In this document: in pieces, positions 26,896 through 36,716 of the stretch
Layout of the letters: each line of letters starts with the position of its first letter
How positions within the stretch are numbered: the first letter of the stretch is position 1
Made by a program: the position numbers and the translations under genes
The notes under the pieces: model-generated
What the model was told of the DNA's origin: nothing
The model's database searches: none
What the model saw: the letters and a program-made list of their open reading frames with translations, nothing else
Origin: a virus
Lineage: Duplodnaviria > Caudoviricetes
Direction: 5' to 3' (one strand)
Length of the DNA: 47,406 bases
Virus record (IMG/VR): IMGVR_UViG_3300020363_000101
Location: 1-47,406 of that record

Positions 26896-29256
26896 TTATG
26901 CTCCTGCTGTATGACAAGTTTTCACTGTAGTACCAGCCGCGTTAATAATCAATAGTGTTGATAGTGTCTTTAACTGAGCTGAACCAATAGCATCATCTGC
27001 CATCTTCGCTTCAGTTACTTGGTCATCAGCAATATGTGCTGTGTCAATAGAACCATCAGTATAATGTTCACTATTAATAGCATCGTCCGCAATCTTAGCA
27101 CCAGTTATAGCATCCGCTGCGATCTTAGCAGTAGTAACCTGCAGATCTCCAAGGTGAGCCGTATCAATTGAACCATCAACATAGTGTTCACTATCGATTT
27201 GGTCATCAGCGATCTTAGCATTTGTTACTGAATCTGCTGCTAAATGAGCTGTATCAATTGAACCATCAACATATTGATCTGAATCAATAGAGTTAACACT
27301 CATATGAGCTAAATCAATTGCACCATTAGCAATATGTTCACTATCAATAGCATCATCAGCAACCTTAGCACCTGTTACTGCATCTCCATTAATCATTGCT
27401 GTCTCAACAGCATTTGCTTGAATTGTTGCAGAACCTGTTACATTGCCTGAACCATCAAATGAAGCTGATGTCCATACAACATCTCCTGTCATTCCAATTG
27501 TTCTACCATTTGCTAGAGCAGTCGCAGTATCAGCATTACCTGTTACATTACCTGTTACATTACCCTCTAAGTTAGCAACTAATGTGCCAGCCGCATAACC
27601 AGTACCAGAAGTATTAACTGTTGTAGTAGGTGCAGCTTGGTTGTCTTTAAAGATCTTCCACTTACCTGAATCAGAAGCATCTCTAAAGATACCACCATAA
27701 AGGTCTTGTGAACCTGATGTATCGTATAATCCATATAAACCAATATCAACTGCATCAGCCGAACCATTGTTTGTTGCTAAATGTAATAATGGATCAGCAA
27801 CTTCTACTGTTGTTGATGATACTGAAGTAGTTGTACCAGATACTGTTAGGTTACCAGCAATTGTTACATTGTTTGGTAAACCAACTGTGATTGTTCCTGA
27901 AGACTCAGCAACTTCAATCTCGTTGGCAGTTCCAGAGAAAGTAACCGTACCACCAAGAGCTGTAGCTGTAGAGTTTGTACCATCAGTTACAGTAATACTT
28001 GAGTTAGCAAGTTTAGCGTTAGCAATTGAACCTGCTAAGTGAGCATTATCAACTGAACCATCAACAAGATGCTCTGAATCAATCTGGTCATCTGCAATCA
28101 ATGCATTAGTAATTTGATCAGCTGCGATATGAGCAGTTTGAATTGAACCATCGATATATGCATCACTATTAACACTGTTTGGTGCTAGATGTTCTGCATC
28201 AACAGAGTCTGCAACTAAGTGCTCGCTATCAATTTGGTCATCGGCAATTAATGCTCCAGTGATTTGATCTGCAGCAATATGTGCTGTATCAATTGCACCA
28301 TTAGCAATATGCTCTGAGTTAATTGCATCATCAGCAATCTTCGCTCCAGTTACCGCATCCGCTCCAAGAGCTGTAGTATCTACTGAACCTGCTGCGTAAT
28401 GCTCTGCATCAATTGAATCAGCAGCTAAGTGCTCTGAATCAACTGCGTCATCGGCAATCTTAGCACCTGTAATTGCATCTGCTGCTATCTTTGCTGTTGT
28501 TACATTTGCATCAACAATTTTAGCTGTAGTAACTGAATCAGTAGCAAGGTGACTTGCATCTACTCCACCATCTACTAACTCAGCTGAATCAACTGTATTC
28601 GCTGCAAGACTTACAACACCTGCATTTGTCATTGTTACATCACCACTTAGTGCAGCAGCAGTAAATCCTGTACCATCACCAATTAATAATTGAGTATCTG
28701 CAACAGCTTTAGCTGAAACAACACCCGAACTATTTGCATCTCTTACTAAAACTGTGTTAGCAGCTTGGTTAGCAATCTTTGCTAATGTTACTTGAGCATC
28801 AGCAATATGTGATGTATCGATTGAACCATCAACTAGTTCTGATGAATCTACCGTGTTAGCAGCTAGTGATATTACACCACCATCTGTCATCGTAGCATCA
28901 CCACTCATTACATTGTCGATCCACATTGATGTTCCAGTGTCATATAATAACATTGAACCATCAGCTGCAGATGTAATGTTTACATCGTTATCTTCAGCAA
29001 GTGTATTCTCAGCACCAACTTGAGCATCTACATAAGCTTTGACGGATTGCTGTGTAGGTACCTTTGTGGCACTATTTGTTGACATGTTGTCTTCATCAAT
29101 AACAAATCCTAGTGTTGCTGTTGATGATAGACCTGTATCGACTAACGTACCAGTAGTATCTGGTAATGTTAGCGTTCTATCTGTAGATGAGTTAGGAGAA
29201 GCAATTGTAAATACACCTGTTCCGCCCGAGTCACCTGAAAATTTTATTTTTGACAT
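26896..29256 (-). CDS. Tail fibre-like protein with 10-residue Asp/His repeats
   Basis: Decapeptide repeats IDSEHYVDGS / IDTAHIADDQ / ITGAKIADDA; shares modules with the 1582-aa fibre. Confidence 0.8.
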   Translation of the reverse strand: MSKIKFSGDSGGTGVFTIASPNSSTDRTLTLPDTTGTLVDTGLSSTATLGFVIDEDNMSTNSATKVPTQQSVKAYVDAQVGAENTLAEDNDVNITSAADGSMLLYDTGTSMWIDNVMSGDATMTDGGVISLAANTVDSSELVDGSIDTSHIADAQVTLAKIANQAANTVLVRDANSSGVVSAKAVADTQLLIGDGTGFTAAALSGDVTMTNAGVVSLAANTVDSAELVDGGVDASHLATDSVTTAKIVDANVTTAKIAADAITGAKIADDAVDSEHLAADSIDAEHYAAGSVDTTALGADAVTGAKIADDAINSEHIANGAIDTAHIAADQITGALIADDQIDSEHLVADSVDAEHLAPNSVNSDAYIDGSIQTAHIAADQITNALIADDQIDSEHLVDGSVDNAHLAGSIANAKLANSSITVTDGTNSTATALGGTVTFSGTANEIEVAESSGTITVGLPNNVTIAGNLTVSGTTTSVSSTTVEVADPLLHLATNNGSADAVDIGLYGLYDTSGSQDLYGGIFRDASDSGKWKIFKDNQAAPTTTVNTSGTGYAAGTLVANLEGNVTGNVTGNADTATALANGRTIGMTGDVVWTSASFDGSGNVTGSATIQANAVETAMINGDAVTGAKVADDAIDSEHIANGAIDLAHMSVNSIDSDQYVDGSIDTAHLAADSVTNAKIADDQIDSEHYVDGSIDTAHLGDLQVTTAKIAADAITGAKIADDAINSEHYTDGSIDTAHIADDQVTEAKMADDAIGSAQLKTLSTLLIINAAGTTVKTCHTAGA

Positions 29257-29275
29257 TTTTTGTCTCTCCTATCTT

Positions 29276-32200
29276 TTAAACTACTGTCCAAGTACAACCG
29301 CTTCCGACTGTAACTGAACTCCCTGAACCAATAAAGATTGGTCCGCATGAAATCATATTATTTCCATCTGTCATAACATAGTCTCCTGAAGACTCTGATT
29401 CATGTTCCCAACCCACTTCTGTTGTGGTATTTCCACCACCAACTAATCCCCAAGCACTTCCATCATAAATTTCCGCACTTGAAGTTGTTGTGTTCCATCT
29501 AAAGAAACCTGCACTTGGAGAACCATCTCTTTGTGCTGTAGTTCCTGAAGGTATCTTTGCCGAAGCATTGTTACCTGATTCCATCACCGCGCCAGCAGCT
29601 TCTACATTTGTAGCATCTGTGACATCTGCCGATGCTTCAATACCATCCAATTTAGTACCATCTGCAGCAACATCTCGTCCATCAACCGTACCACCAACTG
29701 TAATATTACCAGTTGTAGTTACCGTTGCACCTTCAAGATTTGCCTTAAGAGTACCAGTTGTAACTGTTAAGTTACCAGTTGAAGCACCTGTAAATGAACC
29801 TGTACCAACAACAAACTTATCATCACTCTCATCAAATCCAATAAAGGCATTATCAGCTGAACCACGTTCAATAACAATACCTGAATCATTAGATGGTGTA
29901 CCTGATGTACCTGTACCATACTCTACTAAAGAATCAGTAACTGTTGTGTTAGTTGTATTTATAGTAGTTGTAGTGCCGTTAACCGTAAGATTACCGGTAA
30001 TTGTAGCATCACCTGTAATATCAGCATTACCCGCAACTGATAAACTTGTACCATTTAATAATTGTAAGCTATCACTTCTAAATCTACCAGTAATAACATT
30101 AGAACCAGCTTTCTTATGTGCAAATTCTATAATACCATCTTCAGATCCATCTGAAGCATCTAAAATTTTAGCTGTTATCTTAGCATATACTACTTCTTGA
30201 TCTGCATCATTCTCACCCTTGAATTTTAATTGACCAAGATAATCTGCATCAGCTGGGCTTGAACTATTTCTTTTCAGCGTTATAACTGGTGCTGCTGTAC
30301 TTGAATCTTCTGTAGTTGTAATTAATAAACTATCATCAGTTGTTGTATTAGCAATAGCTAGTGATCCTGAAGCTGTTCCTGAGAATGTTGGACTAGATAA
30401 CGTCTTATTAGTTAGTGTCTGTGTACCTGTTAATGTAGCAACTGTTGAGTCAATAGCAAATGTAACAGCGTTTCCAGAACCCGATGTATCAATACCTGTA
30501 CCACCAGTAAATGTTAATGCTTCACTATCTAAATCAATTGCTAATGAACCACCACTGTCAGCAGCAAAGTCTAAATCTTGTGCCGTAACTTGAGCATCCA
30601 CATAAGCTTTAATAGATTGCTGTGTTGCTAGTTTAGTAGCAGAATCACTAGCCATATTATCTTCATCTAATATAGCTGAACCACTTACTCCAGTGTTTAG
30701 AACAGGTGAGGTTAATGTTTTATTCGTTAATGTTTGTGAATCTGTTAGTGTGGCAACTGTTGAGTCAATAGCTACTGTAAGAGTATTACTAGAACCTGAT
30801 GTATCAATACCTGTTCCACCAGCAATATCTAATGTCTCACTATCTAAATCAATACTTAGTGCACCACCAGAATCACCTTGGAAGTCTAAGTCTTGAGCTG
30901 TTACCTGTGAATCTACATAAGCTTTAACAGATTGTTGTGAAGGAACATGCGTAGCTGAATCCGACGCCATATTATCTTCATCTTTAATTGCATTTGCAAT
31001 TCTTGCATCTGCACGTGCATTTGTATAGTATAAGTTAGATGAACCTTCAGAAAGGTCATCTGTATCGTTAGCATTTAGATCATAACCACTCGCACCCGTT
31101 GTTGCTGATATTGTTAATCTATTATTAGCATCATCATATGTTGCAGTTACGTTTGTACCACCAACAATCAATGCATTTACACGATCATCAACTCTTTCGT
31201 CTGTGAAGTATAAGTTATTTGAACCCTCAGTGATCTCATCAGTATTATCTTTAGCTGCAACTGATGAATCAACATAAGCCTTAATAGATTGTTGAGTAGC
31301 AAGATGCGTGGCACTATCTGATGCCATATTATCTTCATCTTTAACTGCCGTACCACTAACACCCGTATTTAACACAGGACTTGTGAGTGTTTTATTTGTT
31401 AATGTTTGTGAAGCTGTATTTAAAGTAATAGCACTCGTATTAGATAAATCAGTTGAAGCAATTGTAATATTAGCAGAACCATCAAAGCTTTGACCTGCAA
31501 TTGTTCTTGCAGTTGCTAATGTAGTTGCTGTATCTGCATTACCAGTTACGTCACCTGTTACATCACCCGTCAAGTCACCAACAAATGCTGTTGATGTAAT
31601 ACTTGTAGCACCAGTAACTACACCTGCATCTATCTCAATAGTGCCATCTAATACAATTTGTTGTCCAGCCACAGGTCCAATATTTAAATCAGTACCACCA
31701 GTTGTTGAAATAGTATTACCATTAATGTTAATATTATCAACTTGTAACGCTGTAAGAGTGCCTACAGAAGTAATAGCAGTTTGTGCAGCACCTGTAACTG
31801 TAGCTGCTGTACCAGATGCGTTACCTGTTACATTACCAACAACATTACCTGTCAAATTACCCGTTACATTACCTTCAAGGTTAGCAACTAAAGTACCAGT
31901 TGCATAGCCTGTAGCACCTGTATTAACCGTAGTTGTTGGTTCTGCTTGTGAGTCTTTAAATAACTTCCATTTACCAGAATCATTTGCATCTCTAAATAAA
32001 CCAGAGTATAAATCTTGTGAACCGCTTGTGTCGTATAAACCATAAAAACCAATATCAACAGCATCTGCTGAACCATTGTTTGTAGCCAATGATAACATTG
32101 GATCTGCAACATTAACTGTAGTCGATGAAACAGTTGTTTGTGTGCCTGCAACAGTTAAGTTACCAGCAATCGTAACATTATTAGGTAATCCAACCGTAAG

Positions 32201-34024
32201 GGTATTACCTGACATTGATGTTTCAATTTCGTTTGCTGTACCTGCAATTGTCAGTGTTTCAGAATCTAAATCAATAGCTCCTGTACCAGAGTCACCAGCT
32301 ATATCTAAATCTTGAGCAGTAACTTGTGTATCAACGTATGCCTTAATAGATTGTTGAGTTGCTAGGTGAGTAGCAGAATCAGATGACATATCATCTTCGT
32401 CTTTAACCGCTGAACCACTTACACCTGTATTAAGTACTGGGCTCGTTAATGTAGCAGCTGTTAATGTTTTGTTTGTTAATGTATCTGTTGTTGCTCTACC
32501 TACCAATTGATCTGTTGCCGCAGGCATTGTCAATGTAGTAGAACCATTTGGTTTTAATGAAGCAATAACAGGAGTTGTAAGAGTCTTATTCGTTAATGTC
32601 TGTGAACCGGCAAGGGTAGCAACAGTAGAATCAATAGCAATCGAGATGTCATTGTCTGATACTGTTGTATCAATACCTGTTCCACCAGTAAAGTTTAATG
32701 TATCAGTGGCAAGAGCTACCGTATCATCAGAACCACTGTCTGCGCCAACAGTTAATGCAGTTGTAATAGAAGCAGTACTCGCTGCTGTAACTAAACCTTT
32801 AGCATTTACTGTTAATACTGGAATTGCTGTTGTAGAACCAAATGAACCTACATTCGAGTTAACTGTAGCAAGTGTTAATGCGCCTGTATCAGCTAGAGTA
32901 GCATCTCCTGACATGACATTATCAATCCAAACTGAATTGCCAGTATCATAAAGTAATAGAGAACCATCTGCTGGAGATGTAAGAGTAACATCAGTCATTT
33001 CACCTAATGTATCGGCTGTATCTACTTGAGCATCTACATAAGCTTTAATTGATTGTTGCGATGCAAGCTTGGTAGCAGAATTACTAGCCATGTTATCTTC
33101 ATCAAGGAATGCATCACCTGATATAGTACCTGTTAATGCAGGACTAGTTAAAGATTTATTTGTAAGAGTTTGTGAGTCAGCTAATGTTGCAACAGTAGAG
33201 TCAATAGCTACTGTAAGAGTATTACCTGAACCGACCGTATCAATACCTGTACCACCTGCGATATCAAGCGTCTCTGAATCTAAGTCAATGTTTAGTGCAC
33301 CACCTGAGTCACCTTGAAAATCTAAATCTTGAGCTGTTACTTGAGCATCTACATAAGCCTTAATACTTTGCTGTGTAGCAAGCTGAGTAGCTGAATTAGT
33401 TGACATATCATCTTCATCTAATACAGCAGAACCACTTACTCCTGTATTTAATACGGCTGAAGTAATTGTAGGTGTTGTAAGAGTCTTGTTAGTAAATGTT
33501 TGTGTACCAGCTAATGTAGCAACTGTACCATCAATAGCAATTTGTACGTTATTACCAGAAATAGTTGTATCAATACCTGTAGAACCACCGATACCTAATG
33601 TTTCACTATCTAAATCAATAGAGGCTGGACCACCTGAGTCAGCAGTAAAATCTAAATCTTGAGCTGTTACTTGAGCATCCACATAAGCTTTGATTGATTG
33701 TTGTGTAGCTAAATGTGTTGCTGAATTCGATACGAGGTTATCCTCGTCTAATACTGGAACTACAAAGTCAAGTGTATTATCTGAATCATCGTAGGTTACT
33801 GTAATAAAGGTTTCAGTATTACCTGTAACCGTTCCACCTATAAAGTCCGTGATAGATTCCTCAGATTGTGTGAATTGCCCTAATGAATTCCACGCTGTAC
33901 TACCATCACCTATTTTAAGATAGGTATTAGTTTTGTCAAAACCTAATTCACCATCTGCTAGGGTAGGATTTTCACTCGACCAATTGGCCGCAGTGTCTCT
34001 TCTTAATTTAAAAATTGTTGCCAT
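29276..34024 (-). CDS. Long tail fibre protein (1582 aa)
   Basis: N-terminal RRDTAANW...LADGELG (Mtd_N-like), 7 DEDxM..SAT...QQS(I/V)KAYVD repeats, multiple TLTNKTL motifs, a PSGTTAQR module and C-terminal GPI...TWTVV. Confidence 0.85.
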   Translation of the reverse strand: MATIFKLRRDTAANWSSENPTLADGELGFDKTNTYLKIGDGSTAWNSLGQFTQSEESITDFIGGTVTGNTETFITVTYDDSDNTLDFVVPVLDEDNLVSNSATHLATQQSIKAYVDAQVTAQDLDFTADSGGPASIDLDSETLGIGGSTGIDTTISGNNVQIAIDGTVATLAGTQTFTNKTLTTPTITSAVLNTGVSGSAVLDEDDMSTNSATQLATQQSIKAYVDAQVTAQDLDFQGDSGGALNIDLDSETLDIAGGTGIDTVGSGNTLTVAIDSTVATLADSQTLTNKSLTSPALTGTISGDAFLDEDNMASNSATKLASQQSIKAYVDAQVDTADTLGEMTDVTLTSPADGSLLLYDTGNSVWIDNVMSGDATLADTGALTLATVNSNVGSFGSTTAIPVLTVNAKGLVTAASTASITTALTVGADSGSDDTVALATDTLNFTGGTGIDTTVSDNDISIAIDSTVATLAGSQTLTNKTLTTPVIASLKPNGSTTLTMPAATDQLVGRATTDTLTNKTLTAATLTSPVLNTGVSGSAVKDEDDMSSDSATHLATQQSIKAYVDTQVTAQDLDIAGDSGTGAIDLDSETLTIAGTANEIETSMSGNTLTVGLPNNVTIAGNLTVAGTQTTVSSTTVNVADPMLSLATNNGSADAVDIGFYGLYDTSGSQDLYSGLFRDANDSGKWKLFKDSQAEPTTTVNTGATGYATGTLVANLEGNVTGNLTGNVVGNVTGNASGTAATVTGAAQTAITSVGTLTALQVDNININGNTISTTGGTDLNIGPVAGQQIVLDGTIEIDAGVVTGATSITSTAFVGDLTGDVTGDVTGNADTATTLATARTIAGQSFDGSANITIASTDLSNTSAITLNTASQTLTNKTLTSPVLNTGVSGTAVKDEDNMASDSATHLATQQSIKAYVDSSVAAKDNTDEITEGSNNLYFTDERVDDRVNALIVGGTNVTATYDDANNRLTISATTGASGYDLNANDTDDLSEGSSNLYYTNARADARIANAIKDEDNMASDSATHVPSQQSVKAYVDSQVTAQDLDFQGDSGGALSIDLDSETLDIAGGTGIDTSGSSNTLTVAIDSTVATLTDSQTLTNKTLTSPVLNTGVSGSAILDEDNMASDSATKLATQQSIKAYVDAQVTAQDLDFAADSGGSLAIDLDSEALTFTGGTGIDTSGSGNAVTFAIDSTVATLTGTQTLTNKTLSSPTFSGTASGSLAIANTTTDDSLLITTTEDSSTAAPVITLKRNSSSPADADYLGQLKFKGENDADQEVVYAKITAKILDASDGSEDGIIEFAHKKAGSNVITGRFRSDSLQLLNGTSLSVAGNADITGDATITGNLTVNGTTTTINTTNTTVTDSLVEYGTGTSGTPSNDSGIVIERGSADNAFIGFDESDDKFVVGTGSFTGASTGNLTVTTGTLKANLEGATVTTTGNITVGGTVDGRDVAADGTKLDGIEASADVTDATNVEAAGAVMESGNNASAKIPSGTTAQRDGSPSAGFFRWNTTTSSAEIYDGSAWGLVGGGNTTTEVGWEHESESSGDYVMTDGNNMISCGPIFIGSGSSVTVGSGCTWTVV
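30590..33760 (-). repeat. Seven dispersed copies of a ~25-70 aa fibre repeat (DEDNMASDSATHLATQQSIKAYVD...AQDLDF)
   Basis: Counted in the translation; an eighth copy is near the N-terminus of the 786-aa fibre. Boundaries are approximate. Confidence 0.8.
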
Positions 34025-34306
34025 TTATTCTGCACTCCCGCCGTCATAAGAACCTTGTGTTACAAAAATTGCATCATTAGAATCTCCTCCATCCAATATA
34101 ACATTTCCGTTAACATCACCCATGTCAAACGTTTGATCGGATTGATTATCGCCTGAAGCTAATGTAATAATAGCTCCTGATGCGTTTTTAGAGTATAGTT
34201 TGACGTCAGCGGTGTTTAACGCTAATTCGCCTTGTTGAAGATCCGAAGCTAAAGGTACTTTACCTGCAACCGCGGACTGTTTGATTTTTACTACAGTACC
34301 AGCCAT
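34025..34306 (-). CDS. Small fibre-associated (adaptor-like) protein
   Basis: N-terminal KIKQS...P...LQQGELALNTADVKLY fibre-type domain, then FDMGD, LDGGD and YDGGS motifs. Confidence 0.7.
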   Translation of the reverse strand: MAGTVVKIKQSAVAGKVPLASDLQQGELALNTADVKLYSKNASGAIITLASGDNQSDQTFDMGDVNGNVILDGGDSNDAIFVTQGSYDGGSAE

Positions 34307-34352
34307 ATCTATGCTCTAATTGTTTAAGGCGATTATATAACCACCATGTACT

Positions 34353-34360
34353 TATTTATA
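34353..34360 (-). promoter_or_regulatory. T4-type late promoter TATAAATA
   Basis: Exact box in the intergenic gap upstream of 34306. Confidence 0.7.
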
Positions 34361-34386
34361 ATATAATGTAACTCAATTCAAATTAA

Positions 34387-36096
34387 TTAGAACGTTCCAC
34401 CATCAATAGTTCCCGTAGCTGTAGGAACACCTGACGAATTGAATCCCATAACCTGGTATTGAGTACCTGTTTCGAACTCAAGAGCTGTACCACCAGTGTT
34501 TGCAATAAGTACACCATTTGATGTGAATGCACTTAAACCTGTACCACCATGTGCTACTGCAACATCTGTACCTTGCCAAACACCTGTACCAATAGTACCA
34601 AGTGTTGTTATAGAGGTTTGTCCAATATAACCTGATGCAATAGTAATCGCATCAGCACTTACAGTAATTTTATCTGCCGTACCAACTGCATTAATTGTAT
34701 TACCAGTTTTTGTTAAACCATTTCCAGCAGTAATTTGGCCAGCACCAGAGAATTGGTCAAATGTAATTGCAGTTGTGCCAAGAGTGATGGCACCATTCGT
34801 GCTTAATACATAACCATTATCACCGTTTGCTGTACCCTCTTCAGTAAATGTAAATGCACCTGCAGTTAATTCAGAAGCAGCATCAGCATCTGGTGTTCTT
34901 GTTAGTACCCAATTCGCTGAACCAGAACCAACAGTTGTGACTTTATAGAAACCATTTTGTGCTGCAGTTGACTGATCTTTAACAAGAACTCTATCATCTG
35001 CAACAAGTGTTACGCCATCAATTTGAATAGCAGCTTGTGAACCAGAGTTAGTTAGTGTGCCAGCCCCATTATTATATGTGGCACTTAAATTAGCAGTCGT
35101 TGCAACACGAACAGATTTTTTAACATCCAAACCATTTGCAACAGAATCAACATATGCTTTATTAGTAAGTGAATCTGAAGTAAATCCAGCACGGCCTTCA
35201 TAACCTGAAGGAACTGTTACTGTACCCGTACCATTTGGTGTTAATTGTAAATTACCATTCGAATTAGTAGTTGATATTGTATTAGCATCTAATGTTATAT
35301 TATCAACATCAATTGATGTTAATCCATTTAAATCAGTAATTGTACCACCAAGAGATGTATCATCAGAACCAATTGTAATACCATCATTTGCTAGTTTAGA
35401 GTTCGCAATTGAACCAGCAAGTTGCGCATTCGTAACACCACCAGCTTTAATCGTTACATCACCTGATGATACTGCAAATGAAGCAGTATTAAATGTTGCT
35501 ACACCTTTATTTGAATCTGAAGCATCTTCAGCAGAGATTGTTATTGTATTGTCTGATACAACTGTATCAACACCTTCTCCACCAGTGAATGTAATTGTTT
35601 CACCTGTGCTTACTGAATCATTTGAACCTGAGTCAGCTGCAATACTTAATGTGCTTACAACCGTACCAAATGATAAGTTACCTGAACCGTCTGTTTTTAA
35701 GAATTGCCCAGCTGAACCATCAGCGGTTGGATGTGATAGTCCATCAATAATAACAGCACCAGATCCGTTTGGTGTGATTGTAATATCACCGTTTGTATTT
35801 GTTGATGTGATGGCATTACCATTTAATGTTAAGTTATCAACATTTAATACATCAATTTTTGAATTCGCATCTACAATTATTGCTGATGACGCTGTTAATG
35901 TACCAGCGGTGTGATCCATCATGTCAGTGTATAACTGACCACCGATAACTCTTGCTACTACATCTGAACCTGAAGTTTCACCAACAAATAATTTCTTCGA
36001 ACTAAATGAATAGGCTTGTTCACCTACCGCTAATGCATCAGTTGCCGGACTCCCTGTCGATAAACTGTATTTGGTTATAATTACTGTGCCTGCCAT
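34387..36096 (-). CDS. Tail fibre protein
   Basis: N-terminal LAVGEQAYS, NKAYVD...GLDVKKSVRVATT, DRVLVKDQSTAAQNGFY module, C-terminal IDGGTF. Confidence 0.82.
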   Translation of the reverse strand: MAGTVIITKYSLSTGSPATDALAVGEQAYSFSSKKLFVGETSGSDVVARVIGGQLYTDMMDHTAGTLTASSAIIVDANSKIDVLNVDNLTLNGNAITSTNTNGDITITPNGSGAVIIDGLSHPTADGSAGQFLKTDGSGNLSFGTVVSTLSIAADSGSNDSVSTGETITFTGGEGVDTVVSDNTITISAEDASDSNKGVATFNTASFAVSSGDVTIKAGGVTNAQLAGSIANSKLANDGITIGSDDTSLGGTITDLNGLTSIDVDNITLDANTISTTNSNGNLQLTPNGTGTVTVPSGYEGRAGFTSDSLTNKAYVDSVANGLDVKKSVRVATTANLSATYNNGAGTLTNSGSQAAIQIDGVTLVADDRVLVKDQSTAAQNGFYKVTTVGSGSANWVLTRTPDADAASELTAGAFTFTEEGTANGDNGYVLSTNGAITLGTTAITFDQFSGAGQITAGNGLTKTGNTINAVGTADKITVSADAITIASGYIGQTSITTLGTIGTGVWQGTDVAVAHGGTGLSAFTSNGVLIANTGGTALEFETGTQYQVMGFNSSGVPTATGTIDGGTF

Positions 36097-36112
36097 ATCC
36101 TATTCCCTTTTT

Positions 36113-36361
36113 TTAAAATGATCCACCGTTAATTTTTAATAAGCTACCAGTGTCTTCTACAGTAGATTTAACTTTAAACTTACCAGCTGCTGCATCATAT
36201 TGTATCAAAGAACCATCGGTTCTTGCAGATATATCAACATCTGTTAGTGTCGCTAAACTCTGACCAGTTGTAAGTAATACTTTCTGAGCTTCGATTGTCC
36301 TCTGTTTCGAACTCTTTGCTTGCAAACTAGGTGTTGGTGTAATCTTACCTTGTAATGCCAT
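36113..36361 (-). CDS. Small virion/fibre-associated protein
   Basis: LATLTDVD...DGSLIQYDAAAGKF motif (similar to fibre segments); ends INGGSF. Confidence 0.65.
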   Translation of the reverse strand: MALQGKITPTPSLQAKSSKQRTIEAQKVLLTTGQSLATLTDVDISARTDGSLIQYDAAAGKFKVKSTVEDTGSLLKINGGSF

Positions 36362-36696
36362 TACTGTGTTACTCCTGGAGTCACTGTTACTTGTCCTTCT
36401 ATAACCCGTGTTTTATACGAATTACTTGTTTTTGTTATCTCAACATCGTATACATATCTACCAGCTTTCATTGCTTGTGTCTGTGTATTACTTAATGCTA
36501 TAGAAATTTTTCCTGCAGTTGCATCAGTTACAGTACATGAAAAAGCTACTGAGGTGCTAGACGAATATGTCTTTCTTATCTGTCCTGCAACCGTATAACC
36601 TGTTAAATTCGCTGTAGTACCATCAGTGTCATCTACCTGTACTTCCGCTATAAAATCTGTTCCTTGGTCAACTGTTAAATCTGAATATACTGCCAT
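36361..36696 (-). CDS. Virion structural protein (baseplate/fibre attachment, BppU_N-like)
   Basis: VDQGTDF, NLTGYTVAGQIRK, GRYVYDVEI, RVIEGQVTVTPGVT; this pattern recurs in T4-like tail regions. Confidence 0.7.
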   Translation of the reverse strand: MAVYSDLTVDQGTDFIAEVQVDDTDGTTANLTGYTVAGQIRKTYSSSTSVAFSCTVTDATAGKISIALSNTQTQAMKAGRYVYDVEITKTSNSYKTRVIEGQVTVTPGVTQ

Positions 36697-36705
36697 ACTT
36701 CTACC

Positions 36706-36713
36706 TATTTATA
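36706..36713 (-). promoter_or_regulatory. T4-type late promoter TATAAATA
   Basis: Exact box 9 nt upstream of the ATG at 36696. Confidence 0.7.
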
Positions 36714-36716
36714 TTT

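Noticed and set aside
29490-30200. 236-aa plus-strand ORF and other antisense ORFs over fibre and enzyme genes (e.g. 808-1185, 35549-35914, 16016-16354)
   Set aside because: They lie entirely or almost entirely opposite well-supported genes and are explained by the codon bias of Thr/Ala/Gly/Asp-rich proteins; no recognisable motifs.
26896-34024. CRISPR array or DGR template/variable repeats
   Set aside because: The repeats are in-frame protein repeats with synonymous divergence, not fixed repeat-spacer units. No reverse transcriptase is present and no adenine-specific mismatch pattern was noticed.
34019-34030. In-frame TAA-ATG junction between the 93-aa and 1582-aa genes (also 22333-22338) as possible readthrough or recoding
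   Set aside because: TAA is the dominant stop throughout, each downstream gene has its own plausible N-terminus, and long ORFs are intact under the standard code.
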